NCBI RefSeq assembly: GCF_009914755.1
Contig: NC_060947.1
Origin: the human T2T-CHM13v2.0 reference genome, Homo sapiens
Direction: 5' to 3' (one strand)
Length of the DNA stretch: 64,000 nt
A program made the position numbers and the translations under genes. Shown here piece after piece: positions 30,921 through 50,515 of the stretch; position 1 is the first letter of the stretch; every line of letters starts with the position of its first letter. The notes under the pieces are model-generated. The model was not told where the DNA came from and did no database searches. It saw only the letters and a program-made list of their open reading frames with translations.

Positions 30921-31200
30921 CTGTAGAATAGATTTAAGAATTTTTAAGAGAGCAGGGTTCTTCTGTGGTTCTATTTCTGGCATTAGGCCACACATATGCA
31001 TTTATGGCAAAGACCATTCACAGTTTGAGAATGTTGCTTGCCAAATAACCAATGAATGGTCAATATCTAGCAAGGAATTAGGGAAACAGTGAAGATTCAT
31101 ATTTCTGCTCATCTTGGGAGTGGCCATCTTATTTTACCATCTTATTTTACAGGTTCTTAAATTTCTGAGGAGAGAGAATTCAAGGGAGATAACTCTAGAG

Positions 31201-31919
<719 letters not shown>

Positions 31920-34900
31920 TAAGTACATTTACATTGTTGTACAACCATCACCACTAACTATCTCCAGAACTTTTTTATCCTCCTCAAATAAAACTCTATA
32001 CCCATTAGAAAGTAACTTCCGATTTTCCCCTCCCCTCAGCCCATGGCAACTACCATTCTACTTTTTGTCTCTGAATTTGATAATCTAAGTACTTCATATA
32101 AGTGAAATCATACAGTAGTTATTATGTAGTGGTCTTATTTCACTCAGTATAATGTCTTTCAAGGTTCATCCACGTTGTAGCATATGTGAGAATTTCTTTC
32201 CTATTTAAGGCATATACACTATAGATAGAATATTTGGTTTATTCATTCATCTATCTATGAACAATTGAGTTGCTTCCACCTGTTGGCTATTGTGAATAAT
32301 GCTGCTGTGAACATGAAAGTACAAATATCTATCCAAGTCCCTGCTTTCAATTTTTTTGAGTATATACCTGGAGTAGGTATATAATTTATATGCACTAAAA
32401 ATAATTATATTTTGAAGTTTTGAGGCACCACCAAACTTTTTTCTGTAGTGTCTCCAGCATTTTGTATTCACTCCAGCAGTACACAAATGTTACAATTTGT
32501 CCATACCTCATCAACATTTGTTATTTTCTGTTTTTCTATTTATAGAAGCTATTCTACTATGCAGTGGTGTGCAGTGGCATCTTACTGTGGTTTTGACTTG
32601 CATTAATACTAATGATTAGTGATGTTGAGTATCTTCTCATGTGTTTGTTAGCCATTTTTGTATCTTCTCTGGAAAAATGCCTAAGTCCTTTGTCCATTTT
32701 TGAAATTAGGCTGTTTTCTATTGTTGAGTTGTAGAACTTCTTTATATTCTAGATATTAACCTCTTAACATATATATAATTTGGAAATATTTTCTCTCACA
32801 ATCTTGGTGGTTTTTTCACCCTATTGATTGTTTCCTTTGATGCACAGAAGTTTTAAATTTTAATGTAGTCCAATTTACACTTTCATGTTGTTGTCTACAT
32901 TTTTGTTGTTGTATCCAAGAAATTACTGCCAAATCCATAGTTGTGAAGCTTTTCATTTATGCTCCTTCTGAGAGGGCTATCGTTTTAGAGCTTACATTTA
33001 GGTCTTTTGATTAAATTTGACTTAATATTTTTATAATTTTAGTTTTGCATGTGTATATCAAGTTTTTCCAGGACCTTTTGAGAAAGTCTGATTTTCCTCA
33101 TTGAATGGTGTTTGCACTTGTGTAAAAATTCATTTGATCATATATGTGAAGATTTATTTCTGGAAACTCTCTTCGGTTACATTAGACTATATGTTGGTAT
33201 TTATGCGAGCACCATACTCTTTTGATTACTATAGCTTTTTGGTAACTTCTGAAATTAGGAAATGTGCTTCCTTCAACTTTGTTCTTTGTCAAGATTGTTT
33301 TGGTCATTTAGGGTTCTTTGAGATTCCATACGAATTTTAGGATGAATTTTGTAATTTATGCAAAAACATCTTAAGGATTTTGATTTTGTTAGGGATTGCA
33401 ATGAATATGTAGACCACTTTGAGTAGTATCAAAATCTTGACAATATTAAGTGTATCAATGAAATGGAAAGATATCTTTCTATTTATTTGTATTTTCTTTA
33501 ATTTCTTTTAGTAACATTTTAGACTTTTCAGTGTAAGAGTCTTCACCTTCTTGCTTTAAATTTGTACATAAGTATTTTATTCATTTGATATCATTATAAA
33601 TGGAACAGTTTTGTTAAATTATTTTGCAGGTTATTAATTGTTAGCATATAGAAACACAACTGTTTTTTGCATGTTTATTTTTTATCCTACAATTTTGCTG
33701 AATTCATTTATTACTTCCAATGGTTTGGAGTAGAATCTTTAGGGCTTTCTACATATAAGATTATGTCATCTGCAAACAAAGATAATTTTAGTTTTTCTGA
33801 TTTTTATATATATTTTTTCTTATTTGCTCTGGCTAGCACTTCCAGTACTATGTTGAATAGAAGTGGCTAAATCAGGCATTCTTGCCTTGTTCCTAATTTT
33901 AGAGAAAACATTTTCAGTCTTTCACCATTTAGTATGATGTTAGCTGTAGGTTTTTCATATATGGCCCTTATTATGTTGAGATAATTTCCTTTAATTCCAA
34001 ATTAGTTGAGTTTTTTTCTATCATGAAAAGTTGTTCAATTTTGTCAAGTGCTTTCCCTGTACCCTTTGAGATAATCATGTATTTATTAATAAATGTATTC
34101 ACTAATGTATTGCACTACATTGATTGCTTTTTGTATAGCCAACCATCCTTGCATTCCAGGAGTAAATCCCACTTGGTCATAGAGTATAATCCTTTTAATA
34201 TGTTGTTGAATATGAGTTGCTAGTGTTTTGTTGAGAGTTTTTGCATCAATATTCATAAGGGATATTGGTCCATAGTTTTCTTTTCATGTAGTGAATTTGC
34301 CTGGCTTTGTTATCAGGATAAGACTGGTGTCATAGAATGAGTTTGGAAGTATTATTTCCTCTCTGATTTTTGGAACAGTTTGAGGTGTATTGATTTTAAT
34401 TCTTCTTTTAATTGTTGATACAATTTACCAGAGCAGCCATCTGGTCCTAGGTTTTTTTTTCTTTCTATGAGTTTTTTTAATTATTGTTTTTATCTTCATA
34501 CTACTTACAAGTATATTAAGATTTACTGTTTCTTCTTGACATGATTCAGTTTTGATGGGTTGTGAGTTTCTAGAAATGTGTTCATTTCATTTAGATGATC
34601 CAACTTGTTACTGTACAATCACTCATAAAACTCATAATTTTTTTATTTCTATAAAATTAGTAGTTATGTCCCCCTTTTCCTTTCTGATTTTAAGTACCTG
34701 AGTCCTCTCTCTTTTTCTTTGTCAATCTAGCTAAACATTTGTCAATTTTGTTGATCTTTTCAAGTAACAAATTCTTGATTTTGTTGACTTTCTCTATTGT
34801 TTGTCTATATTGTTTTATTTCTGCTCTAATCTTTATTATTTATCTTTTTCTTCTAGCTTTGTTTAGTTTGTTCTTCGTATAGTTCTCAAGACATAAAGTT

Positions 34901-35855
34901 AGATTGTTAAATTGAGATCTTTCTTCATTTTTAATGAAAGCATTTACAGGTATAAATTTTCCTCTCAGCACTGCTTTCACTACATGCCATAAGTTTTGGT
35001 ATGTTTTGTTTTCATTTTCATTTGTCTCTGAGCATTATCTAATTTTACTTTTTATTTTTTCTTTGACTCATTTGTTATTTGAGTGTGTTGATTAATTTTC
35101 ATACATTTGCATATTTTCCAATTCTCCCTCTGTTATTGGTTTCTAGTTTCATTCCACTGGGAATGAAAAAGTACTTTGTATTATTTCAGTAATTTTAAAT
35201 TTATGAAGACTTGTTTTATGGTATAACACATGATCTTTCTTGGAGAATATTCTATGTGTAAGTAATATATATGCAGAAAAATGTATGTTCTACTCTTCTT
35301 GGGTGGAATGTTTTGTATATGTCTGTTAGATCTGATAGGCCTATGCTGCTCAAGTTCCCTATTTCCTTGTTAATCTTCTGTCTGATTATTTTATCCTTTA
35401 TTGAAAGTGAGGTACTGGTCTCCAACTATTATTATAAAACTATTTCTCCCTTTAATTATGTCAAGGTTTGCCACATATATTTAGGAGTTCTGGTGATTTG
35501 TGTGTATATGTTTACAATTTAGATATCTTATTGGTGGATGATTATTATATAGTGTTCTTCTTTGTCTCTTGTAACAGTTTTTGTCCAAAAATCTATTTTA
35601 TCTGATATTAGTATAATCAACCTTGCTCTCTCTTTGTTGTTATTTGCACAAAATGTCTTTTTCTATCCTTTCACTTTTAACCTATGCACATTCTTAGATC
35701 CAAAATGAGTCCCCTACAGACAACATACAGTTGGATCCTACATTTTAATCCACTTTGCTAATCTATGTCTCTTGGGGACATAGATTAAATTGGAGAATTT
35801 ATCTACTTAACTTAAAGTAATTACATATAGAGGAGGACTTACTATTGCTATTTTT

Positions 35856-36182
35856 GTTGTTTTTTGTTTGTTTGTTTGTTTGTTTGTTTTCTTTTATTGA
35901 GATGGGGTCTCACTCTGTAACCCAGGCTTGAGTGCAGTGGTGCAATCTTGGCTCACTGCAACCTCCACCTCCCAGGTCAAGTGATCCTCCCACCTCAGCC
36001 TCCCAAGTAGCTGGGATCACAGGCATGTACCACCACATCTGGCTAATTTTCATTGCATTTTTGGTAGAGACAGGGTTTCGCCATGTTGCCCAGGCTGGTG
36101 TCAAACTCCTGAGCCCAAGTGATCCACCCACCTTGGCCTCCTAAACTGCCAGAATTATAGGCATGAGCCACCGCACCTGGCC
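35856..36182 (-). mobile_element. AluJ (AluJb-like) with (TTTG)n-derived tail
   Basis: ggtcaagtgatcctcccacctcagcc, gttgcccaggctgg, ctcctgagcccaag. Confidence 0.92.
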
Positions 36183-36189
36183 TATTTTT

Positions 36190-39100
36190 AAAAAATTTTT
36201 TACTTTAAGTTCCAGTATACATGTGCAGAACCTGCAGGTTTGTTACATAGGTATACACGTGGCATGGTTGTTTGCTACACCTATTGACCCATCCTCTAAG
36301 TTCCCTCCCCTCATCCCCCACCCACTAACAGGCCCTGGTGTGTGTTGTTCCCCTCCCTGTGTCCATGTGTTCTCATTGTTCAACTCCCACTTGTGAGTGA
36401 GAACAAGCAGTGTTTGGTTTTTTGTTCCTGTGTTAATTTGCTGAGGATGATGGTTTCCAGTTTCCTTTATGTCCCTGCAAGGGATATGATCTCATTCCTT
36501 TTTATGGTTGTGTAGTATTCCATGGTGTATATGTGCCACATTTTCTTTATCCAGTCTATTATTGATGGGAATTTTGGTTGGTTCCATGACTGCACTATTG
36601 TAAATAGTGCTGCAATAAACATACATGTGCATCATCTTTATAGTATAATGATTTATATTCCTTTGGATATATACCCAGTAATGGGATTGCTGGGTCAAAT
36701 GGTATTTCTGGTTCCAGATCCCTGCAGAATCACCATTCTGTCTTCCACAATGGTTGAACTAATTTACATTCCTACCAACAGTGTAAAAGTGTTCCTATTT
36801 CTCCACAGCCTCACCAGCATCTATTGTTTCTTGCCTTTTCAATAATCACCAGTCCGACTGGTGTGAGATGGTATATCATTGTGGTTTTGATTTGCATTTC
36901 TCTAACGATCAGTGATGTTGAGCTTGTTTTCATATGTTTGTTGGCCGTGAAAATGTCTTCTTTTGAGAAGTGTCTGTTCATATCCTTTGCCCCCTTTTTT
37001 TATGGGGTTCTGTTTTTTTTGTAAATATGTTTAAGTTCCTTGTGAATTCTGGATATTAGCCCTTTGTCAGATGGGTAGATTGCAAAAATTTTCTCCCATT
37101 CTGTAGCTTGCCTGTTCACCCTGATGATAGTTTCTTTTGCTGTGCAGAAGCTCTTTAGTTTAATTACGTCTCATTTGTCAATTTTGGCTTTTGTGCCAAT
37201 TGCTTTTGGCATTTTTATCATGAAGTCTTTGCCCATGCCTATGTCCTGAATGGTATTGCCTAGGTTTTCTTCTAGGGTTTTTATGGTTTGGGGGTTTTAC
37301 ATTTAAGTCTTTAATCCATCTTTAGTTAATTTTTGTATAAGGTGTAAGGAAGGCGTCCAATTTCAGTTTTCTGCATATGGTTAACCAGTTTTCCCAGTGC
37401 CATTTACTGAATAGGAGATCCTTTCCCCATTGCTTGTTTTTGTCAGGTTTGTAGAAAATCAGATGGTTGTAGATTTGTGATGTTGTTTCTGAGGTCTCTG
37501 TTCTGTTCCATTAGTCTATATGTCTGTTTTGATACTAGTAATGTGCTATTTTGGTTACTGTAGCCTTGTAGTATAGTTTGAAGTCAGGTAGCATGAGGCC
37601 TCCAGCTTTGCTCTTTTTGCTTAGGATTGTCTTGGCTATACAGGCTCTTTTTTGTTTCCATATGAAATTTAAAGTAGTTTTTTTCTAATTCTGTGAAGAA
37701 TGTCAATGATAGTTTGATTGGAATAGGATTGAACTTATAAATTACTTTGGGCACTATGACCATTTTTGTGATATTGATATGGATAAGAAGAATCAGTATC
37801 TATGAGGATGGAATGTTTTTCCACTTGTTTACATGCTCTCTTATTTCCTTGTGCAGTGGTTTGTAGTTCTCCTTGAAAAGCTCTTTCACATCCCTTGTTA
37901 GCTCTATTCCTAGGTATTTTCTTCTCTTTATAGCGATGTGAATGGGAGTTCATTCATGATTTGGCTCCCTGCTTGTCTGCTGTTGGTATGAATGAATGCT
38001 TGTGAGTTTTGCACATTGATTTTGTATCTGGGGACTTTGCTGAAGTTGCTTATCAGTTTGAGGAGTTTTGGGGCTGAGGTGATGGGGTTTTCTAAATACA
38101 AAATCATGTTGTCTGCAAAAAGAGACAATTTGACTTCCTCACTTCCTATTTGAATATGCTTTATTTCCTTCTCTTGCCTGATTGCCCTGGCTAGAACATC
38201 CAATACTATGTTGAATAGGAGTGGTGAGAGAGGGCATCCTTGTCTTGTATCGGTTTTCAAAGGGAATGCATCCAGCTTTTGCCCATTCAATATGATATTG
38301 GCTGTGGGTTTGTCATAAATAGCTCTTATTATTTTGAGAAATGTTCCATCAATACTTAGTTTATTGAGAGTTTTTAACAGAAAGGATGTTGAATTTTATC
38401 AAAGGCTTTTTCTGCATCTATTGAGATAATTATGTGGTTTTTATCTTTGATTCTGTTTATGCAATGGATTACATTTTTTGATTTGCATATGTTGAACTAG
38501 CCTTGCATCCCAGGGATGAAGCTGACTTGATCATAGTGGATAAGTTTTTTGATGTGCTGCTGGATTTGGTTTGCCAGTATTTTACTCAGAATTTTTGCAT
38601 TAATGTTCATCAGGGATATTGGCCTGAAGTTTTCTTTTTTTGTTGTGTCTTTTACCGATTTTGGTATCAGGATAATGCTGGCGTAATAAAATGATTCAGG
38701 GAAGAGTTCCTCCTTTTCAATTCTTTGGAATAATTTCAGAAAGAATGGTACCAGCTCCTCTTTGTACCTCTGGTAGAATTTGGCTGTGAATCAATCTGGT
38801 CCTAGGGTTTTTTGGTTGGTAGGTTAGTAATTGCTGCCTCAATTTCAGAACTTGTTATTGGTCCATTCAGGGATTTGACTTCTTCCTGGTTTAGTCTTGG
38901 GAGGGTGTATGTGTCCAGAAATTTATCCATTTCTTCTAGATTTTCCTGTTTATTTGCATAGAAGTGTTTATAGTATTCTTTGATGGTAGTTTGTATTTCT
39001 GTGGGGTCTGTGGTGACATCTTACTTATCATTTTTTATTGTGTCTATTTGATCTCTCTTTTCTTTTTTATTAGTTTAGCTAATGGTAATTTTGTTAATTA

Positions 39101-42100
39101 TTTCAAAAAACAAGCTTCTGGATTCATTGATTTTTTTGGAGTGTTTTTTGTGTCTCTATCTCCTTTAATTCTGTTCTGATCTTAGTTTTTTCTTGTCTTC
39201 TGCCAGCTTTTGGATTAGTTTGCTCCTGACTCTCTAGGTCTCCTAATTGTGATGTTAGGGTGTTGATTTGAGATCTTTCTAGCTTTCTGATATGTCCATT
39301 TAGAGTTATAAATTTCCCTCTTAACACTGCTTTAGCTGTGTCCCAGATTCTGGTACATTGTCTCTTTGTTCTCATTGGTTTCAAATAACTTCTTTATTTC
39401 TGCATTAATTTCATTATTTACCCAGGAGTTACTCAGAAGCAGGTTGTCCAACTTCCATGTAATTTTGTGGTTTTGAGTGAGTTTCTTAATCCTGAGTTGT
39501 AATTTGATTGCACTGTGGTCTGAGAGACTTTTTGTTATGATTTTAGTTCTTTTGCCTTTACTGAGGAGTGTTTTACTTCCAATTATGTTGTTGATTTTTG
39601 AATAAGTGCCATCTGGCACTGAGAAGAATGTATAGCCTGTTGATTGGGGTGGAGAGTTCTGTAGATGGCAATTAGGTCCACTTGATCCAGAGCTGAGTTC
39701 AAGTCCTGAATATCCTTGTTAATTTTCTGTCTCATTGATCTGTCTAATATTGACAGTGGGGTGTTAAAGTCTCCCACTCTTATTGTCTGGAAGTCTAATT
39801 CTCTTTGTAGGCCTCTAAGAACTTGTTTTATAAATCTGGGTTTTCCTGTATTGCATGCATATATATTTAGAATAGGTAGCTCTTCTTGTTGAATTGTTCC
39901 CTTAACAATTATGTAATGCCCTTTTGGTCTTTTTTGATCTTTGTTTGTTTAAAGTCTGTTTTATAAGAGATTAGGATTGTAGTCCCTGCTTTATTTTATT
40001 TTTATTTTTTGCTTTTCGTTTGCTTGGTAAATATTCCTCCATCCTTTTATTTTGAGCCTATGGGTGTCTTTGCACCTGAGATGGTCTCCCTAATACAGCA
40101 CACCGATGAGTCTTGACTCTTTATCCAATTTGCCAGTCTGTGTCTTTTAATTGGGGCATTTAGCCTATTTACATTTAATGTTAGTATTGTTATATGTGAA
40201 TTTCATCCTGTCATCATGATGCTATCTGTTTATTTTGCACACTAGTTGATGCAGTTTCTTCAAAGTGTCATTGGTCTTTAAATGTTGGTGTGTTTTGCAG
40301 TGACCGATGCTGGTTTTTCCTTTCCATATTTAGTGCTTCTTTCAGTAGCTTTTGCAAGGCAGGCTTGGTGGTATGAAATTCCTCAGCATTTGCTTGTCTG
40401 GAAAGGATTTTATTTCTCCTTGGCTTATGAAGCTTAGTTTGGCTGGATATGAAATTCTGGGTTGAAAATTCTTTTCTTTAAGAATGTTGAATATTGGCCC
40501 CCAATCTCTTCTGGCTTTAGAGTTTCTGCTGAGAGGTCCTCTGTTAGTCTGATGGGCTTCCCTTTGTAGGTGACCTGGCCTTTCTGTCTGGCTGCCCTTA
40601 ACATTTTTCCTTCATTTCAACCTCGGAGAATCTAATGATCATGTGTTTTGGGATTGATCTTCTTGCGAAGTACTTAGTGGTGTCTCTGTATTTCCTGAAT
40701 TTGCATGTTGGCCTGTCTTGCTAGGTTGGGTAATTTCTCCTGGATAATATCCTAAAGTGTGTTTTCCAGCTTGTTTCCATTCTCCTTGTCTCCTTCAGGT
40801 ACTCCAGTCAATTTTAGGTTCAGTCTCTTTTATGAAGTCCCATATTTCTTGGAGACTTTGTTCATTCCTTTTCATTCCTTTTTCTTTAGTCTTGTCTGCA
40901 TGCCTTATCTCAGCAAGGTGGTCTTCAATTTCTGATATCCTTTCTTCTCCTTTGTTGATTTGGCTATTGATACTTGTGTATGCTTCATGAAGTTCTTGTG
41001 CTGTGTTTTTCAGCTCTGTCAGGTCATTTATGTTCCTCTCTAATTCGGTTATTCCAGCTAGCAATTCCTCTAACCTTTTATCAATGTTCTTAGCTTCTCT
41101 GCATTGGGATAGAACATGCTCCTTTAGCTTAGTGTAGTTTTTTATTACCCATCTTCTGAAGCCTACCTCTGTCAATCCGTCCATCTAATCCTTCATCCAG
41201 TTCTGTGCCCTCATGGAGAGATGTTGCAATCATTTGGAGGAGAAGAAGCACTTTGGCCTTTTGGGTTTTCAGCATTTTTTTCATTGACTCTTTCTTATCT
41301 TCATGTTTGTCTAATTTCAGTCTTTGAGGCTGCTGACCCTTGGATGGGGTTTTTGTGGGGGGTTTTGTGTTGTTGATGATGCTGTTGTTGTCACTTTCTG
41401 ATTGTTTGTTTTTCTTTCAATAGTGAGGTCCCACTTCTGTAGGCCTGCTGCAGTTTGCTGGGGGTTCACTTCAGGCCCCATTCATCCGATTTGCTCCTGT
41501 GCCTGGAGATGTCACTCAAGGAGTCTGGAGAAAAGCAAAGATGAGTACCTCCTCCTTTTTCTGGGATATCTGACCTTGAGGGGCACCACCCTGATGCCAG
41601 TAGGATCACTCCTGTATAGGGTGTCTGACAACCCCTGTTGGAGGATCTCATCCAGTTGAATGGCACAGGGAACAGGACCAATTTAATGAAGTACTTTGTC
41701 CCTTGGTGGAGGAGGTGTGCTTTGCTGGGGGGAAACACACTCATCTGGGCTTCCCAGATTCCTCAGAACTACCAGGAGGAAATGCTAAGTCTCCTGGTCC
41801 ACAGAAACTGTAGCTACCCCTCCCCCTAGTGGCTCAGCCCCAGGGAGATCCAGGTTCTGTCTCTGAGCCTCTGGATGGAGTTATTGGAGTTCCTGCAGAA
41901 AAGCCTCACCCACTGAGGAAGAATGAATCAGGGTCTAGCCTGAAGAGGCATTCTGTCTGCAGTCTGCCACGCCAGTGTGTTGAGCTGTGGAGGACAGTCT
42001 CGGGACCAAGATGTCCAGCCTCCCTGGTTCCAGCAGGGGAAATGCACAGCCTGGAGCTATGGAGATAGATATCACCCTTCCCCTGCCCAGAGAGCTCAGT

Positions 42101-42623
42101 GTGTTAGGCCGTTGTGAGTCCCAGTGCTGGCTGCTGCCCCTCCCATAAGGAGCTCAAATGGCTTAGACAGCAAGCAGCTGCAACTGTGGTGCTTGTCAAC
42201 CATCCCCCCACCGGGGTCCCAGTAGGCTTAAGCAGATTCCAGCTGAGAGGCTGTTGAGAATCTGAGCAGCTCTGGAGTTTGGACGCTAGGCCCCGGTGGC
42301 ATAGGATCGCTAGTGGGATCTTCCGATCCATGGGTTGCACAGTTCCATGGAAGAAGCACAGTTTCCCCAGGTGGGTAGCATGCTCACTCACCACCTCCCT
42401 TGGCCAGAGGGTGGAGACTCCCCTGTCCCATGTGGCTTTCAGGTGGGCTACTGCACCACACTGCTCTTCCTTCCTCTCCGTGTATCATGCCAGCTTCCTA
42501 GTCAGTTCTGATGAGAGAACATGGATACCTTGCCGGTGAAGGATTCACAAGCTTATTATGGTTCTTTTGGATGGGAGCCTCTCGTCGCCACTGTTTCTAG
42601 TTGGCCATCTTTGTCCCACCCCC
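36190..42623 (-). mobile_element. Full-length L1PA8/L1PA8A-like element, ORFs fragmented
   Basis: 3'UTR cctattgacccatcctctaagttccctcccc; ORF2 pieces (37928..38290 [13 protein letters not shown]; ATG ~40214); ORF1 piece 40795..41184; 5' end ctagttggccatctttgtcccacccc. Confidence 0.9.
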
Positions 42624-43683
42624 TGTTATTTTTTTTTTAATATGTCATAACTTTTTATCCCTTATTTCCTCCCTCACTGTTTTCTTTTACACTTAGCTGG
42701 GTTTTGTAGTCACACGTTTTTATGCATTTCTCATATTCTTTTGTGTATATCCTATAGATATTTTCTCTGTGGTTACCATGGGAATGACATGTAATAACCT
42801 AAAGTTATAACAATCTATTTTAATCTGATATCAATTTGACTTCAAGTACATACAAACTCTGTACCTTTACAGCTCTGCCACCCCTTACACTTTATGTTAT
42901 TAATGTCACCTATTATATCTATATATAGTATACATATTAATATATATTTAAAATTATTTTTATATCTTTAGTCCTGTAGAGGAATAAAAAGTGTAAGTTT
43001 TAGTCAAAATTATAATTCATGTTTTTATATTTGTCCATGTATTAACCTTTACCAGATAACTTTATATTTTCATATGATTTTGAGTTACTGTCTAGCAACC
43101 TTTCATTTCAACTTGAAGGGTAACCCTTAGCATTTCTTGTAGGGCAGATCCAGTCATCACGAATTCCCTTAGCTTTTGTTTATTTGGGTAAGTCTTACTT
43201 TCTCACTCATTTTTGAAGCACAGAATTGTCAGGTATAGAATTGTCATTCGACCATTTTTTTTAAGGCATTTTAAATATAGCACTTCACTGCCTTCTGGCC
43301 TAAAAAATTCTGTTGAAAAATCCACTGATAATCTTATGAAGGATTTATTGATCATAGGCCACTTTTCTTTTTCAAAATTCTCTCTGTCTTCAGATTGGGA
43401 GAGATTGATTATAATATGTCTCAGTGTGGATCACTTTGATTTTATCCTACTTAGAGTTTATTGAGCTCCCTACATTTGTATATCCATGTCTTTTTTCAAA
43501 TTTGGGAAGTTTTCTGCCGTTTTTTCTTCAAATAAGCTCTCTGCCTCTTTCTATTCTCCTTTTTGAACTCCTGTAACATTTGTTTGTCTGCTTAATGGTG
43601 TTCTGTAAGTCCCTTAGACTCTGTTTACGTATGTTCATTTATTTTTCTTTTTGCTTACAGCTCCTAGAATCTCTATTTGGTTC

Positions 43684-43968
43684 TTTTTTTTTTTTCTTTT
43701 TGACAAGGTCTTACTTTATAACCCAGGCTGGAGTGCAGTTGTGTGATCACAACTTGACCACCCAGGCTCAAGCAATCCACCTATTCCAGCCTCCAGAGTA
43801 GCTGGGACTACATGAATACCACCACTCCCAGCTAATGTTTTTATTTTTTGTAGAGATGGAATCTCACTATGTTGCCCAGGCTGGTCTTGAACTCCTGAGC
43901 TCAAGCAATCTGCCTACCTTGGCCTCCAAAAGTGTTGTGGCTGCAGGTGCAAGCCACAGTGCCTAGCC
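43684..43968 (-). mobile_element. AluJo/Jr
   Basis: caggctcaagcaatcc, tctcactatgttgcccaggctggtcttgaactcctgagctcaagc. Confidence 0.9.
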
Positions 43969-44438
43969 TGATTCATTTTTTTTTTAATTACCTGTTATCT
44001 CTTTGCCGATATTCTCATTTTGTTCATATACGGTTTTTCTGATTTTCTTTAGTTCTTTGCCTATGTTTTCTTTTTGTTCTTTTAGCATATTTGAGACAGT
44101 TGTTTACAGTCTTTGTCTTTTAGCATATTTGAGAAAGTTTTTTAAAGTAATTCCAAAATCTGTTCTTCTTCAGGGATAGTTTCCACAGATTTATTTTCTT
44201 TCTATCAGTGGGCCATGCTTTCCTAATTCTTTGTAGGCCTTGTGTTCTTTTATTAAAAATTGGGCATTTGAAAAAAAGAGACACCCCTCTCATCTTTTCA
44301 GACTGGCACCTTGCAGAAAGATACCTTTGTTAATACATTGTGTGAAGTCTTAAGATTTCTAGACACAGTTTCTTGGCATGTATCTTTCACGGACCTGTGT
44401 ATGTGCTTTTTCTCAACTTCTTGGTATACAAAGCTTTT

Positions 44439-48926
<4,488 letters not shown>

Positions 48927-49494
48927 ACAAAGCTTTTAAACATTTTATTTCCCTGAGAGTTTTACCCCTGCTTCTTCTTGGGCCTTAAATGTTCTGTTGT
49001 ATTACTGTGCCTGTAATTTTTTGCTTCTGGAAATCCATGGTTCTGTCATCTCTTGTGGTTTCCAGGAGCCATGCATGCTACTTTCCATAGTATTTTCTAG
49101 TCTGAGATTTGAGCTAGGTGACCTGGAGACCAATCTCACAGACAGCCTTCAGGCAGGTTATAAAGTTGAAAATTTGGTCTGCTCTGCATTCTCCAGTTCA
49201 TGGAAGGGAACTGGGAATCTGGTCACTGTTTACAGCAAACTATGCCATGCCATGGAGGGGGTAGGGCAATGGGAAGTAAAAATGCCACAGAATTTTAATG
49301 TTTTAATGTGGCTTTTTCTGTATTAGTCATTTGCTTGATAACTATAGATCTTTGATTTTAAGAGCTCCTATAAAGTTAGTTTAGTCAGTTATCTAGTTGT
49401 TTTTTTTTTAAATAATATTTCTGTAGGAGAATAGAAGCCTTGAGCTTCCCTCTGCCATTTTGTTGATGTCACTCCCAAGTCTGGTTTATGTAGA

Positions 49495-49600
49495 TTTTTT
49501 AAATGCATATTCTGTTCAGTAGGGCTGCAGTGGGATCTGAAAATACACATTTTTATAATTTCCTGGGGGGTTCTGCTTTGTAGCCAGATTATAAACCTCT
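49495..49600 (+). mobile_element. MER5 right part
   Basis: attctgttcagtagggctgcagtgggatctgaaaatacacattttt...agccagattataaacctctg, followed by ttttggag. Confidence 0.6.
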
Positions 49601-50456
49601 GTTTTGGAGAGTAGACATTTAGTACAATGGTTTCAAATTGGTACAAGACCAAATGTCAGCCCTGGGCCTAACTGGAATTAGTAGCCACAGGCACAATATA
49701 TGGGCATTGTGAAGAGAAGACCATTTATGCAAGCACCCACAACACACCCTTTCAGAAATCTCTTCCACAACTTGTGTGGATCTCTGGGGTCTATATCCTT
49801 AATAGAAGTAACTATGATTCAGAGGGCTACTTTGTGAGGAATATGTGTTAACTGAGGAATAGCAGTTATGAGAGGAAAAGCCTCTGTCTGGCAGTTAAAG
49901 GAAAAAACTAAAAAATCCTAGTAAAGACAAAATTCTAGCTGGAGCAGCTCTGGCTCAGTAGTGCCTGGTATCAGCATATGAAAAGAGCAGTTGTGGTGGT
50001 GTTAAGGCTCTTAACTTCATTGATCTGAGGAAACATGGTCAGTGGAGAAGGTAGCAACTGCCCTAGAAGCCTGGAGGTGTAAGGGAATGACAGTCCCAAT
50101 GGCACACAATGGACCAACAATGGTGGTCTTAAGTCAAGCAGCAGCAGTGGCCCTGACTGTGGTAGCTTCTGAGCAATCTTTTCCTTAGCAGTGTTAATAC
50201 GGATTTAATCTTTACAGATACATTAGGAGAAGTGGCTTTAAAACTTGTTTTAGGTGAAACTTGGCTGATAGGGGCTGTATCCTTTCAGAGAAATATGGAT
50301 TTTTTGCAAGAAAAAGTAAAAACTGAGCCTCATTATTTTTTATTATAACAAGGAACATTTCCTTAGACAAATGCTACATTGTTAGAAATTATAAATGCAA
50401 ACAACTCCCACATAATCCTTTTGGTTAGCTTCTGTATTATTAACTGATTGCTTTGA

Positions 50457-50515
50457 TGTGCGTGTGTGTGTGTGAGAGAGAGAAAGAGAGAGAGACAGAC
50501 AGAGAGAGAGAGAGA
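50457..50515. repeat. Compound (TG)n(AG)n microsatellite
   Basis: Direct reading. Confidence 0.95.

Noticed and set aside
49660-50200. Possible ancient LTR fragment (purine-rich, gcagcagcagtgg)
   Set aside because: I could not assign a family or termini by eye.
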